From: Camelus dromedarius
Taxonomy: Eukaryota
Length of the DNA stretch: 64,000 bases
Assembly (NCBI RefSeq): GCF_036321535.1
Contig: NC_087447.1
Span: forward strand, 37,822,001-37,886,000
Reading direction: 5' to 3'
Under the pieces are notes generated by a model. That model saw only the letters and a program-made list of their open reading frames with translations. It did no database searches and was not told the origin of the DNA. The stretch's first letter is position 1. Each line of letters starts with the position of its first letter. Below, piece after piece: positions 41,891 through 54,379 of the stretch. The position numbers were made by a program, and so were the translations under genes.

Positions 41891-44529
41891 TTTTCCCACA
41901 CTTCCTTAAAGGCAGTATCTAATTGGCAAATTCTGTCCAATTAGATGCCATATTGTAAGACTTGGCACACAATATGCCAAGGCAGAGTCAGTTCTATATT
42001 CCTGCTCTTCTGTTTTCTCCTGGTGAGCAGTGAAGAAACCAGGGGTTCTATAGCAGCATTCCAGGGCCCAGCAGTTCATGGGTGTTGAAAGGTAGTTGTG
42101 GCAGCACCAGGGGCAGTTTCCTGATTCCAGGATCACAGCCTTCATGGGATTTTCTCCATGTCTACAGTTCAGGTGTGTGGACTTCTCAGTTCCCACCTTT
42201 GTGGTTACGGTAAATAGAGCATCTTCCCAAACTACCACATTATTTTTTAACATCTAGTTTCCTGTATGAAATTCTTTTCTGCTTAAAATACCTAAGTAGC
42301 TTCCATTTCTAAAACTGAATGGGGACTGTCACATGTGAATAAGCATGCTAGTGGGGAGAATAAATGAAGCAGTGTGAGGGAATAAAATTCCTCATGATGG
42401 CATGAGCTCTAAAATATGGGGAGAAAATAAGGCTCACAAGAAAACCAGTCCCATTTCAAACTAGACTGAAAGATGCCTTCCTTGAAGACTGCTGCTTCCA
42501 GAATAATTTACCAGCAGCTCAAACTCTCCTTCTCCATAAAAATAAAATACAATAATCATTATCAGTGTCTCCCAGCTAACTTCCAAGTACATTTCATTGA
42601 CATCACACAATGTCCTTCATTTGTTCTTTATTCTTCTATGTCCACCTCCTTCACCCCTCCCCCCTCAATTTTAATAAAATAAAGAATAAGACTGGAAGGA
42701 GCTTCATAGCTATTTCAGTTAAATGTTACAATTTTCTAGACTTATAAACAGGCCAAATCAATAGAACAACTTTCCTAAAATGAGCTATACATGATCTAAT
42801 GACTATGCATGATCCAACTTCACTGCACACCTGGTAGGATTGTAGAGAAGTAAAATAAATACAAGATGGTTCCTCTAGACATTTAATGCTCAATATATAT
42901 GACAGAAGAAGGAATACATTTTCTCAAAACTTCCCATATCCTGCCTCATCACCTGCAGGACCTGATCCCTATCTCCCTACAGAGAGAACAGCAAGGATTT
43001 CATAGCAGTATTTTGCCAGTGAAAAACTCCTGAACCTCCAAGGCAAATGGTACAAGTCATCTCAGATGGAACACAAGGCAAAGCAGGAAAAGGAGAAACC
43101 AACCCTTCTCTAACCTATGGTCTCTGCTCAGCCCTTGGTCTCCTGAGGGAGCCCATTCTTCACAATCTCTTTTTAACAGGAGGTTTGCTGTGGATGGCAC
43201 TTACTGGTGCTGAAGACAAGCTAGGCGTTGATTGCTTAAGCCTATTTGACTATTGGTTAATGATGTGCCAAGGACAGCTGACCCAGGGCTGAGGGGTTTC
43301 CAAAGGGCCTTTAAGATCCTCTGGGTCTTTGACGCCAAAGGGTGACTTTGATCTGGACAGTTGAAAGTTGACTGATCTCATATCAGCTCCAAGAACCAAT
43401 TACATATTTGCCTGGAAATGAAACACAGTTTCTAGACATGTGCCCAAAGCCCTACTATCCAGGGACACACTCCTCCCAAGATTGTAGCCTAGATCACTGA
43501 GCCCTTCCCACATCACAGACTGTCTTGTCTTCACCATGACTGTGCCTCCTGAAAGAAACTGCAAAACACTCACTTATCAGGAGTCCCTTGACTGATGACT
43601 TCCTTTAAACCAGAGAAAGCTGAGAAGAAGAAACCAAGGAAACAGCCTCTGGATAACTGAAACAGGCGTCGCTACATTTTATTACTGCTATCCTGACCAT
43701 TTCCAGGTTCTCACTCAATGTCTGTAGGCTCTTCATTCACACACAGCGCTAACTTGTTTGGCTGTTTTCTGATTTCCCATGAGTACAAGTTAGTTGAAGC
43801 TGTTGTTACAAAAGACCATCCATTACTCATAAATGCTCACTTGGTATCTGTTTACCCTGTATACTCTAAGCCAAAAATTGGACAAGTTTTGTTTCCATTC
43901 ACTTGAGTACAGATTAGCTGAGTAAATGCCCTAAAAGATGCTTTTATAGTTCCTGATGTACACATAATAAATATATAACTATACATTTATAAAATACACA
44001 CTATTCAAAATAATATTATATAATAAATAGACAAATATATAGTTATATTTAAAGGTTTGCACTTAACGTCTATATACAGGCTCATTGTTCCCATACCATT
44101 CTGCAAAGCTTTGTTTTGTTGTTATTGATTTATTGTTCATTTCACTGCACACCCAATGAAAATGGGAGTGGGTAGACTGTTGCAAAAGACAGTTACAGTG
44201 ACACTAGCAAGCAGTGATAGTTGACAAATTAATGAGATGAAATGAAACAAAACAATGACAAAATTATATGGATATTTGACCTCAAAAAGAAAGATACTGT
44301 AGTATGTAATTCAGACCTATTGGCATTATGTAGTCCTGAGAGCAGACAGTTTAGTGCCCAACACAGTAAATGATGTTCTTATGATAGTGTCAACGAATCC
44401 TCAAGAAAGGATTTAAATTACATAACACATATCCTTACTGGGACCGAGATCTCTTGCCTCCCAGGCAGGTGGCTTTGCCTCTGTTGTGAATCCTCATCTG
44501 CTAGGAAGAGAATGAAGAAGCTTCAGAGT

Positions 44530-44730
44530 CAGAGTCCCTGAGTTTGAATGATGAATCACTCATTGGTGACCTTGAGCAAGTTATTTCACTCAGTTTCCTC
44601 CTATAAATTGAGTCAAAATAGTTCCTAATTTTCTGAACCATTGTAATATTAAATGAGATCATGTACGTGAACTGTTTAGTGTCTGGCACATAGTACTCAA
44701 TTAATGTTGGATACTACTAATAAATAAATA
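44530..44730 (+). mobile_element. MIR SINE
   Basis: GTGACCTTGAGCAAGTTATTTCACTCAGTTTCCTC core. Confidence 0.7.
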
Positions 44731-45249
44731 AACAAATAAGTAAATAATACTCAATATATTCTTTTTAAAGAGGTATAAGAGTATGCAATGTATTTTATCT
44801 AATTTTCCATACAAATTGATAAAATTTAGCACTTGAGGGAGTAAGCTTTTGTTATAATGACAATAATAACCACCACTCTTGAGTACTTGTTCCTTGCCAG
44901 GCAATGTCCCGGGTGTTTAATATAACTTGTCATAATCCTTCTGAGCAGTGATGCTGCAACATGACCAGGTGTGGATCTGAGAAGTTTGGTGAAGGCAGAT
45001 TTATTCTGTACTGGCCTTGGCGATGGATTTTACTTGGAGAATTAAAGACTTATAGATAAAAAAGGGGAAAAATAGACTTATAGATAGCCTTCTTCTTAAG
45101 AAAGCAGAGGAAAATGATTTATTTAGGCTACCATATTAAGCTGATATAATTTGGAACTAAAAGGGATAAGCTTTTGTTAGAGGAAAGAGGAAGAGGAAGA
45201 GGAGAAGGAAGTGGGGAAAGAGGAGGGGGAGGAGGAGAAAAGAAGATAT

Positions 45250-45430
45250 TCTTAAGTATCTGCTCCATGCCAAGTAGTGTTTCTGGTCTTTAACATAAAT
45301 TATTTTTACTCCTGTCAGGTAGTTATTATTATCCCCATTTTACATGTTGAGAAACTATGGCTCAGAGACATTATTTTCTGCTCAAGGACAAAAAATTAGT
45401 CATAGAGCCAAGATTCAAATCCAGTTGCAC
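45250..45430 (-). mobile_element. MIR SINE, preceded by a purine-rich tract at 45180-45245
   Basis: TTATTATCCCCATTTTACA..TGAGAAACT..GGCTCAGAGA core. Confidence 0.7.
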
Positions 45431-46911
45431 AAAACCACAAAACCATACACTTTCCAGTCCTAAGTGACTCTAGTTACAGAGGAAATCCCCTTATATGCAC
45501 CTTATGGTTCCCTGACTGTTTATATAAAGGGGTCGTCTCTGTAAAGAACTCTCTACTACTATTTCTATCCTTCTTCTCCAAGGAACACTGTTCTCAGCCA
45601 CAGAAAGGAGGAACATTCTGGATTGGGTGACTCCAAGCAAATGGAGAATTTTAACCATCTAAGAGGAACCTATCCAGAGTAATTCCGTGACATGCCCAGT
45701 GAAGTCTGTCCACTTCTCAGAGTGACCAGCCTCCTCAACCACACTCAGTTCTTTCCCTGGAAGCTTGAGTCACCCTAAAAACCTTGGAAGGAAACTTTCC
45801 TGGTGCCTACAGCAAAGAAGGCACCTGTGGGGCTGGGGAAAGCAGCTCCCAGGGCAAGTCGTCTCCACTCTGCAGGAAAGTCAGCTGGGCCTCTCCAGGC
45901 CTAAGAATGAGAGGCCAGGAAAACCCCATGGACACAACATCCCATTTCTTCCTTCTGCCGTGAATGCCTTTATTTCTTGTCTAAACTAAAATCCGCTGAT
46001 GTTGTGTACTTGGTTCTAGACTCTAATGGCAGTTGGTGTGTCCCACTGAGGGATCAGGGAATTGTACATCAAGGCTCCACAAGCCTGACACCTGGAAAAT
46101 CATCACATTGACTCTTCGGAGCAGGGACTCGTTAAAAAGCTTCTCCAAGCTCAGGTGGTGGAAAATCTTGGTCACATGTGCCTTCCATGTTTTAACAATT
46201 CCCTATTGCCTGCCTAACCTGTGTGCATCATTAAATACTGGATACAGGTTAAAAAAAAAAAGTGGTTTTTTTCAGGTGGGTTTTAATGCAATCCTCACTT
46301 AATTACAAGCCTTGTTGTTTAGTTATTGTCAAAGGAGTCTAGTAAGACGTATCTAAGGCATGGAGCTCAAAGTCCAAGCACCAACTTTAGGATACAATTA
46401 CATTATAATAACCTGTCAAGGCCTGGAGTTATGTGATGCTAAGCAGTTCATTTCTCACCTCTAACATAGTTTTCCAAATATGACACCGGTTTGCTCAATA
46501 ACTCCCCTTTTTCTGTAGCATCTATGAACAGGAATATTGAAGGATTTGAGTCAATTGGAATTTGCTAGAGGAGAAACACCTGATATGTGAGATTGCATAT
46601 TCCTAGACACAACTGCCTGGGGAGTGAATGCAGCCAGCCATACAGGTTGTACTCAGGGGGCTCTATTCCCAGCAGAAGCAGCACAGGGGATGGCACCTGA
46701 TATTAAGAGCTGTGTCCTCACCCTCTGCTCCACACTCCATTAGATGCACTCCCTTTCACTCCCTTCAGGGACTGTAACTTCCCCTCTATTTAGCCACTTT
46801 CCGGCTCTGGCCCACCTGCACTGGGAGACGTCCTCACTGCTCCAGCCCACAGCAGCCTCTTCCAAGCCTCAGCCCTCACTGCCTTGCAAATCAGCCCAGC
46901 ATTTACTTATT

Positions 46912-47050
46912 ATGGTAGGTAGAACAAGGAACTCCCACCCTACCCCTGGGAGTCTACATCCTAATCCTTGGAAATGCAAATTTGTTACTTTACATGGCAA
47001 AAGAGACTTTGAAGCTGTGATTCAACTGAGGACCTTGAGATGGAGAAATT
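46912..47050 (+). mobile_element. MLT1 LTR 5' fragment
   Basis: CATCCTAATCCTTGGAA...TGTTACTTTACATGGCAAAAGAGACTTTG...GGACCTTGAGATGG. Confidence 0.7.
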
Positions 47051-48166
47051 GGAGGAAGCCAAATTGTGAGTGACCTGGTGTTAGGAAAAATACTGTAATC
47101 TGACATAAAGTTTAAAGCACATTTGCAGAACATCAGAATTAGAAAGGGATTTCAGAATCTCTCAATCCAATAAATTTGTTTGACAAAAGTGGAAAACAGC
47201 AGTCCAAATGACTTACTTAAAGTCACAACTTTGGGGTTAGGGGTAGAAGTTAGAACCTTATATCTTGACTCCTAACACTCTTTCCCCTATACTCTCCCCT
47301 GACTGCATCCACTGGCAAAGTAAAACAATCTACAAAACCAACCACAATATCAGACAAGGTGAAGTAACGAGTAACACAAAATACGAGAAGTTTAGTCATA
47401 TGGATTGGTTTTGGTTTGGGGCTTATTCTTCAGCAATCTGCCTATCTTAAATGACAGCACCAACATTTATTTTCCTGTTGCAAAACTGTCAGTCTTCCAA
47501 ATGTTGGGTCAGAAATTGTAAATGATTTATGCCTGGTCATGGAGTCTCTCACATTAGCCCTGAAAGCAGGAAGACATGCCCATGTCCTCCTCTGAATCAG
47601 CGCCAGGGGACCAGAACTCTTACCTGATGTGGCAGAAAGACAAGCCATGTTCAGGTATCTCAGAGCCTTAAGGCACCTGGAAATATAATTAAGTCAAGCC
47701 AAATACTATATTTTTTTGCCTAGACAAAGAAAATATTATCCATTTTAAAATTGTTACAGCTATGAGAGACATTGTATCACATGCCTGGCACATAGCTAGA
47801 ACTCAATTGATGGCAGTTATAATATTTACACATTTTTTCTTTGTTTTATATGTGATTTTTTCATATTTACCACACATGTAACATCTTTCAGATAATTTTA
47901 TACCTAGGTAATTAATAAAACATTGGTGCTCCCTTTCTCCACTGTTTACATAGATCCACTTGTTCTAAAGGCTTCAGAAAAATCTCTATCAGGATTCACT
48001 TCCTGCCTCTCTTTGGCAACCACTTCTTTTCTCCCTCCCCGAGTAGTGGTTTTATTAAGCTCTAAACATGTTTTAGGGAAATAATTCAGAATCTCTTTCA
48101 TGTTCAACAATAAAATCACTGATGGAAAGCTTTGGGTTTTGCCCTTTACACAACACAATCAATTTT

Positions 48167-49475
48167 TCTAAGACTTATTTTTTTTAGAGAAGTTTTCAGT
48201 TCACAAGAAAATCCAGAGGAAGGTACAGAGATTTCCCATATTCCCCCTGCATTCACAAATGCACAGCCTCCCCTATTATCAACACCCCTCACCAGAACAG
48301 GGACATTTTTTACAACTGATGAAACTACATTGACATCATAATCACCCAAAGTCCATATTTAAACTTGGGGTTCATTCTTGCTGTTGTATATACTATGGGT
48401 TTGGACAAATATATAATGTCATGTTACTTTACATGGCAAAAGAGATTTACATGGCACAAGAGTATAATACAAAATATTTTCACTGCCTGAAAAATCCTCT
48501 CTTCTCTCTCTTCTCCACCTATTCATCCCTCTTTGTGATTCTTTCTTTGGATTTTCACCTCTCTGCCTACATTGCCCATCTGTTCTTGTATGCTGTCTAC
48601 TTCACAGCCCTTAGCATATCAATCATGGTTGTTTTAAAATCCTAGTCTGATAATTCCAACATCCTTGCCATGTCTACTTCTGATCATATTATGTTTTTTA
48701 CCTTTGAGTACATGTTATAATTTTTTCTTGATAGCTGGACATGATGTACAGGGTGAGAGAAACTGCTGTAAATAAGCCTTTAGTAATGTAGTGGTGAGGT
48801 GTGGGGCAGGGGAAGATTCCCATAGTCCTATAATTAGGTCTCAGTCTTTTTGTGAGCCTATTCCTCCAGACTGTGAACTTCACAGGTGTTTCTCAGGGAT
48901 TTTTTCCTCCCCACTTGGAAGGCTGGAACTGAGGTTAGTTGAGAATTTCCTTTCCCTAGGGTCAGTTAGGCTCTGATAATATCCCAGCAAAGTTAGGCTC
49001 CGGTTAATTGGTTTCTCCTGAAGGCAGACTTTGTTAAGAAAAACAGGATGCTCCAGTGAATTTCAAAATGGTTCCCTTTCTTCTTCCCCTGCTGGAAGCA
49101 CAAAGGGAGTTTTCTCCCATATTTACTGTGAGAACTTGGTTGAGCTCCTGGAGGTAAATCTCATAGAGAGCTGCAGGGCAGGAAGGTGGCTTTTTAACTT
49201 TCAGAAGTTGTCCACACTGACCCTCCAGCACTTCATCAGTTATAGTTCAGGTTTTCCCACTCTGTCTGGCACTGGTTCCAGGTGAGTTTGCCTTTGTGAG
49301 TGTCTGCTCTGGTAAGTATTCATCTGTATATCTTTCCAATCTTGGGAACAGAAACTTGCCCTTTCGGTCTTTCAGTCTTTACCTCCCTTAGGGATCCTAG
49401 AAGAGTTGTTGATTTTTTAGTCTGTTTAGCTTTCTATTTATTATTATCACTTCTAAACTCCTTGTATGTGGAACC
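48167..49475 (-). mobile_element. Internally deleted L1MC-type element: 5' UTR/ORF1 start joined to the 3' end at ~48530
   Basis: 48530-49475 is the inverted homologue of ~4435-5445, and 48167-48530 is an L1MC 3' end. Degenerate TSD, 14/16 identity (48151-48166, 49476-49491). Confidence 0.75.
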
Positions 49476-52400
49476 CAATACAATCAAATTTCAGTTGAAA
49501 TTCTCCAGTTAATTTGTCAGCTCCGAATTTCCCCCAGATTTTTGTGTTGCGGTTGGTAATTTTTTTGTGTGTTATGATTGCTAATTCGTGTTATTGTTGC
49601 TACTGGTTCTGAAGTTGATACTGTAGTGGTTGTGCTGTTATTGTTGAGTCTATATCATTCACAAACTGAAAAGAATTGAGTAAGCCTTTAGGTGTAGACC
49701 TTTTAATTGCATAGAAACTCACATAAGAGTTTCCAGATAGTTATGGGTCTCTGGCACACCCTGATAAGTCTTTTTTTTTTTTTAAATATAAGAACCTTAT
49801 TTTAAAGAATGGAAATAAGCATTACAGTCAGAGTTTATCAGAGTGTTATAAAAAATTTTTTTTACAAACTAGAGTATTTCCAACTGACCCTGACTGCCAG
49901 ATGTGAAAGTTATGAAATAAGGTCATAAAATCAAGCACAAAATAGTCAAATGACCATTTATAAATCAGTATTTTCCTTGGCACCTTTGCTAGATCATTCT
50001 CTATTTGGTGTTGATATTCTGAGAAGTTTCAGGGAGAGCTGGACACAACCTAAGCAATTCATCTTGGCAGAGGTCTGAACTTACTGGAGTCCACTTTGTA
50101 AATCAGAGGTGTGCTCAGGAGAATGGTTTTGTATCTCACCTAGAAGACCCTGGACTTTAGGAAAAACCCTAAGGGTGACCCTTATATTTCCTTGTCTCAC
50201 TCCTGGAAACTTCTATCAGGAAACCAACTCTGCATGTCAAATAAAATAGGAGGAGTCTGGCAGAAATATTTGGGAATCCAAACCAAATGCTGCTCTACCC
50301 AACTAGGTCCAGGTTCTCTGCAGGCTGGGATTAGAGCCTTGTAATAGTGATGAGACTGGCTGGTGAATTTGCCCCAATGAATTAATTTCCATTCATTCAA
50401 CAAACATTGGCTGTGTGCTGGCTACTGAGGCAGATGTGGTGCTGAATGCCAAAGAAAAGGACAATTTTTGTAACCTTAACCCCCAGCTCAGTATAAGGTA
50501 CTCAAAGAGTGCTTGAGGGATAAATTAATCTCAATCCCTCCCAGTCTAGAGAGAGTGACATTAATGTAGAGGGTGAAATTTCTGGAGTCTGTTAGCAACC
50601 TCTGGGTGCAGACCCTGATTCCTGCCACACACCACCAGCCCATCATTTGCAGCTGGCAAAGATTACAGAGTGAGGAATTCACATAGGCTTTGTAGGCTGA
50701 AGGCACACATGCTGGCCAGGGGTCGAGTTCTAGCCCACAATGTGACATGGTTACAAAATTGGCTTCTAAAGTAGTTATTTTTCAGCCATTTTGTAATCAC
50801 TATTGTACTGGTAAAAGCTGTGATTCTCTCATCAGGAAAATGCAATCCACAGAAACAGATTCTTAAAAATGATTTTAGAAGATTCATATGTTACAAACCT
50901 CTTTTCTTGAAAGTCACTTCCACAAAAATACTCAACACCTGAGAGTTAAATATTCACCTACAACAGCCCTAAGTGGAGAGCCCAGGCTACATACTGCAAG
51001 TATTCGCTATGCCACCTTTGGGAATATAGCCCCGAAATTCTGCATAAGAAGCCTAGGGCAGGACTCTGGACCCTAACTGCTGAGCCCCAAAACCCTGGTT
51101 TGGGTCTCAGCCCTGGACATCAGCCTCTAGGTTTCAAGATGCACTGAGCCCGCAATCTGCCATCCTGAGCCCTTCCCTTGCACCTCTCGCATTTTTAGGC
51201 TCTATGTTAAGTTCACCTACGTGCCACCAACCAGTTCTTCCATTCCCAGGATCCCCATATCCTTGTAACTCTGCCTGAAGAAAGCGAATATCAGACACCC
51301 AGTTTTCCGCAGCCCTGGGCTTTTATTCCCTTGTGACAGTTCCACCCCTGGGGTTAAGAAGGAAAAAAATTTGAATAAAGGCACCTTGTGTGGATTCCTA
51401 GGGTCACGCTGGGTGGTCTATGCGTGGGGAAGGAGGAGCGGGATGCCCCTATGGGCCTGAGCAGGGAGGTGCGGGCCATAGATGCTTCCCAAGACTCCAG
51501 GCGGACCTCTAGCCCCGCCCCTCCTCTCCCACCATTCATCATCCACCTAACTATTTGCCCAACTGCCCCTTGCTTCCCGCTCCTGTTTGCCAAGATGTTC
51601 CAGTGTTCCAATGTCCCTCACCCACATTTACCGCAGTTCAGTCCTTTGCTAAAAACAGCTTGCCAAGCTTGACAATACTAAAGAGTCCAGCGGAGTATAA
51701 TCCTCACACTCAATTCCAGCCATACTCTTACACACACGCAAACCCAGAACTGTCTCTAAACACATGCTCACTCCCAACCACAGGCACTCACAAAATGACA
51801 CGCACGCAAGAGCATCCACGTTGCGTTCACCCCTAATCGCACGGCAGTCACGCACCCGCCGGCACGGTGAGGACCTACATCCACGATACCTAACCCACTT
51901 TGGAGAATACGCATGCTCCGTATAATCCGACTGGTGCACCTCCACATTCCTACACCCTGCAAACAGGTTTCTGGATCTTTCGAAGCTACGGCTCTAAGAC
52001 CACCTGAAGGTCTTAAGTCCTGACTTGCTATTCTCAGCGGGAACAATGTACATAAAGGAGTTTCCCACTGTTTCCAAAATCACTGGATCTGATACCGCAG
52101 CGCATGATACACCGCAGCCGGTATACCATCCTGCGCGGCAAGCACTGTAGCGGCATTGGGAGCCGGTGGGCGGCAGCAAGGACCCCAGCTGGGTGGTTAT
52201 CCCAGGCAGAGCTCAAACTTGCCCCGGGTGTGCCATAAGTGACCCAAACCACAGGTCTGCGCAGCAGTCCTCAGCGTACTGAAGCCTTAGTATTTCCCTG
52301 GACATGCTTGCTTCATGCCACATCTCTTCCCCGTGCGAGGCTGGTAGTCTCAGGTGGAAAGTGGGAAAGTAGGATGCGATGCCACAGAATCCCCCATGAG

Positions 52401-52846
52401 CTTTCTCAGGAAGCTCTTCCAATCCCTACCTAGCTGGAAAACAGGTACGTGGTTACCAATGAGAACATTCGTTTAACACGGGAATCTGATCCCCATTTCA
52501 AAGATGAGTACATTGAGGCGCTATAAGTTTCTAGCCCATATCTTACCGCCTGGAAAAGGCACAGCTGGTAGAGAGTTCAAGTCTGACAAGTTCTTAAACC
52601 TCTATCTCTAGATGCCCACAAGCCCTGCCTGCCAGTGGGTAATCCCAGCTGCCTGAATCAGACACCATGTTTGGGCACAGAATAATCAACTCTACTGGCA
52701 GTAAACCTTGGACTGGAGTCTACGGTCAGACTTCTGGGAGCCAGGATTATCTGTAATGCTGGACTCTGCCCTACAAGATCGCACACCTAGGGATGGAGTC
52801 GGGTGCGTGTTCAAAACCCGCAGAATCGAACAGGTGAAGTTTACCA

Positions 52847-52854
52847 TGACGTCA
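52847..52854. promoter_or_regulatory. Perfect palindromic cAMP response element TGACGTCA
   Basis: Exact CRE about 270 bp upstream of the TSS, the position of the known calcitonin/CGRP promoter CRE. Confidence 0.85.
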
Positions 52855-52941
52855 AACTGTCTTCAAATTCCTGCTCACTTTACCTGTGTTTTTCGTTGGT
52901 CCTCAGCGCCCCCCACTCTCCCCTTCCACCCCCGCCATCAG

Positions 52942-52957
52942 TGACCTCAATGCAAAT
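52942..52957 (+). promoter_or_regulatory. Composite CRE-like/octamer element TGACCTCA-ATGCAAAT
   Basis: Adjacent CRE-like site and perfect octamer, as described for the human calcitonin promoter. Preceded by a C-rich RREB1/Sp-like tract (~52908-52937). Confidence 0.8.
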
Positions 52958-53086
52958 ACAACAGGGGTGGTCCTTCTGGATGCTCCAGGTTCTAGACGCA
53001 AGTGGTGACACAATCCTTCTGGGGCTCAGGATCCTTCCCCTCATTGGTTGCCCGGAGCTCTTGAACCACCCCAGACTCAGAGCAGC

Positions 53087-53096
53087 GGGAATAAGA
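53087..53096 (+). promoter_or_regulatory. TATA-like box GGGAATAAGA
   Basis: Matches the recalled CALCA-family core promoter (GGGAATAAGAGCAG). An inverted CCAAT (ATTGG) lies at 53043-53047. Confidence 0.75.
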
Positions 53097-53117
53097 GCAG
53101 CTGCTGGTGTGGGAGGA

Positions 53118-53235
53118 ATCAGAGGCACTGCCTAGGTCGTGTCTCTGCCACTTCTTCCACAGTGCCATCGCCTGACGCCAAAGCTACTGCCGCGGCTCCC
53201 TCTTCTGCTCCCAGCCACCTGGTTCCTGCTGCCAG
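53118..53235 (+). other. CALCB: Non-coding exon 1 (5' UTR)
   Basis: Starts about 28 nt after the GGGAATAAGA TATA-like box (ATCAGAGGCACTGCC, as recalled for CALCA exon 1). Ends at donor GCCAG|gtaagc. Confidence 0.8.
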
Positions 53236-54293
53236 GTAAGCTGGAGATTCCTGCTTGGCTGTGATTCTGTTTCTCTCTTCCTCTTCTCCCTTCCCTCTCT
53301 CTCCATCACTTTTTCTTGGCTGATCTCTTTTCCCGTCTCAGAATTTCTATCCACTTCTGTCTGGGACTGTTCATCACGCTATCTGTGTTAATCCGCAGTT
53401 CGTCGCAGCCTCCTTTCACAGGTAACACAGGATGCTCTCAGTTCGCAGACTCCCAGCTCCACTCTTCCCGTGCTGAAGCGGGCTCCAGTCTCGCTGTCTC
53501 CAGCCGCACACGTGCTTAGGTCCATTTGGGATGCTGGAGAGTCGCAGGCATCTCTCGCAGAGCAGGATGCAGGAATAGATTTGGGGACTGTGCGCTCACG
53601 GATCACGTCTTGTACCTAGGGAAATGGGTTCGGAGCCTGGGACAATGCAAGCAGGTGGCAAATAGGTGCAAAGACCAGGGGCAGGTAACCATTAAACGCA
53701 AGCCCCAGTAACACGTTCTGGGAGATTTTCTCCCCCCACATTTAAGTCCAGGGTCCGAATTTGAGACTACCAGCTTGCTTCTTACAGGGTACTCTTTGCC
53801 AAAGTGTAGAGCAGCTGAACAGTATAATTCGGTTTTTCAGTTTCTCAGGGATTTAAACTGCAGAGATACATCCTCTCCATTCCTTGCCCCCTGCGGGGTA
53901 TGAGCAAAATCCTGGCATCCAGGGTACAGCTGAGTTGCACTGTGGGAAAAGCTGTGGTGACAGGGTACTCCGAGTCTGTCCTCCAGGAGTCCTGGCCAAC
54001 AGGTGGTATGTGAGAGTGTGTGGGTGCTAGGGAGGGGACTATGGACTGAGACCTCCTCACCCTAGTCTTCCGTTTGGTTTCTGTGCTAAACCAAGAGTGC
54101 TACAGGCTCACTGGATCCTCCAGCAGTCCACTTTGCTGAGGAGGAAACAATGTTGAAGGGAAATGACATGACCAGCCTGAATTCAGGACACCAGGGAGTT
54201 AGAGGGATAAGCAGGAGCAGAGCTCTGGTCTGTGGGCCTATAGGACTTGGAACTGTTGCACGGTGATGTCATTTTCCCTTGCAGAGAGGCGTC

Positions 54294-54379
54294 ATGGGGT
54301 TCTGGAAGGTCTCCCCATTCCTAGCCCTCAGCATCCTGGTCCTGTACCAAGCTGGCATGCTCCAGGCAGCACCACTCAG
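54294..54379 (+). CDS. CALCB: Coding exon 1 (gene exon 2): signal peptide [28 protein letters not shown](R)
   Basis: Acceptor ttgcag|AGAGGCGTCATG, ATG at 54294, donor CAG|gtaag at 54379/80. Typical calcitonin/CGRP/CRSP signal peptide. This frame is not listed in the ORF track. Confidence 0.95.

Larger units (their letters stand above)
51400..53720. promoter_or_regulatory. CpG-enriched promoter region (partial CpG island)
   Basis: CpG density is visibly much higher than in the rest of the window, especially 51790-52340 and 53380-53610. Not computed. Confidence 0.65.

Noticed and set aside
49515..49650. G/T-skewed stretch as a possible mitochondrial insertion
   Set aside because: Only compositional similarity. 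I could not align it to any mitochondrial gene.
51354..53711. Cluster of overlapping short ORFs
   Set aside because: Expected in GC-rich promoter DNA, with no recognisable protein motifs.
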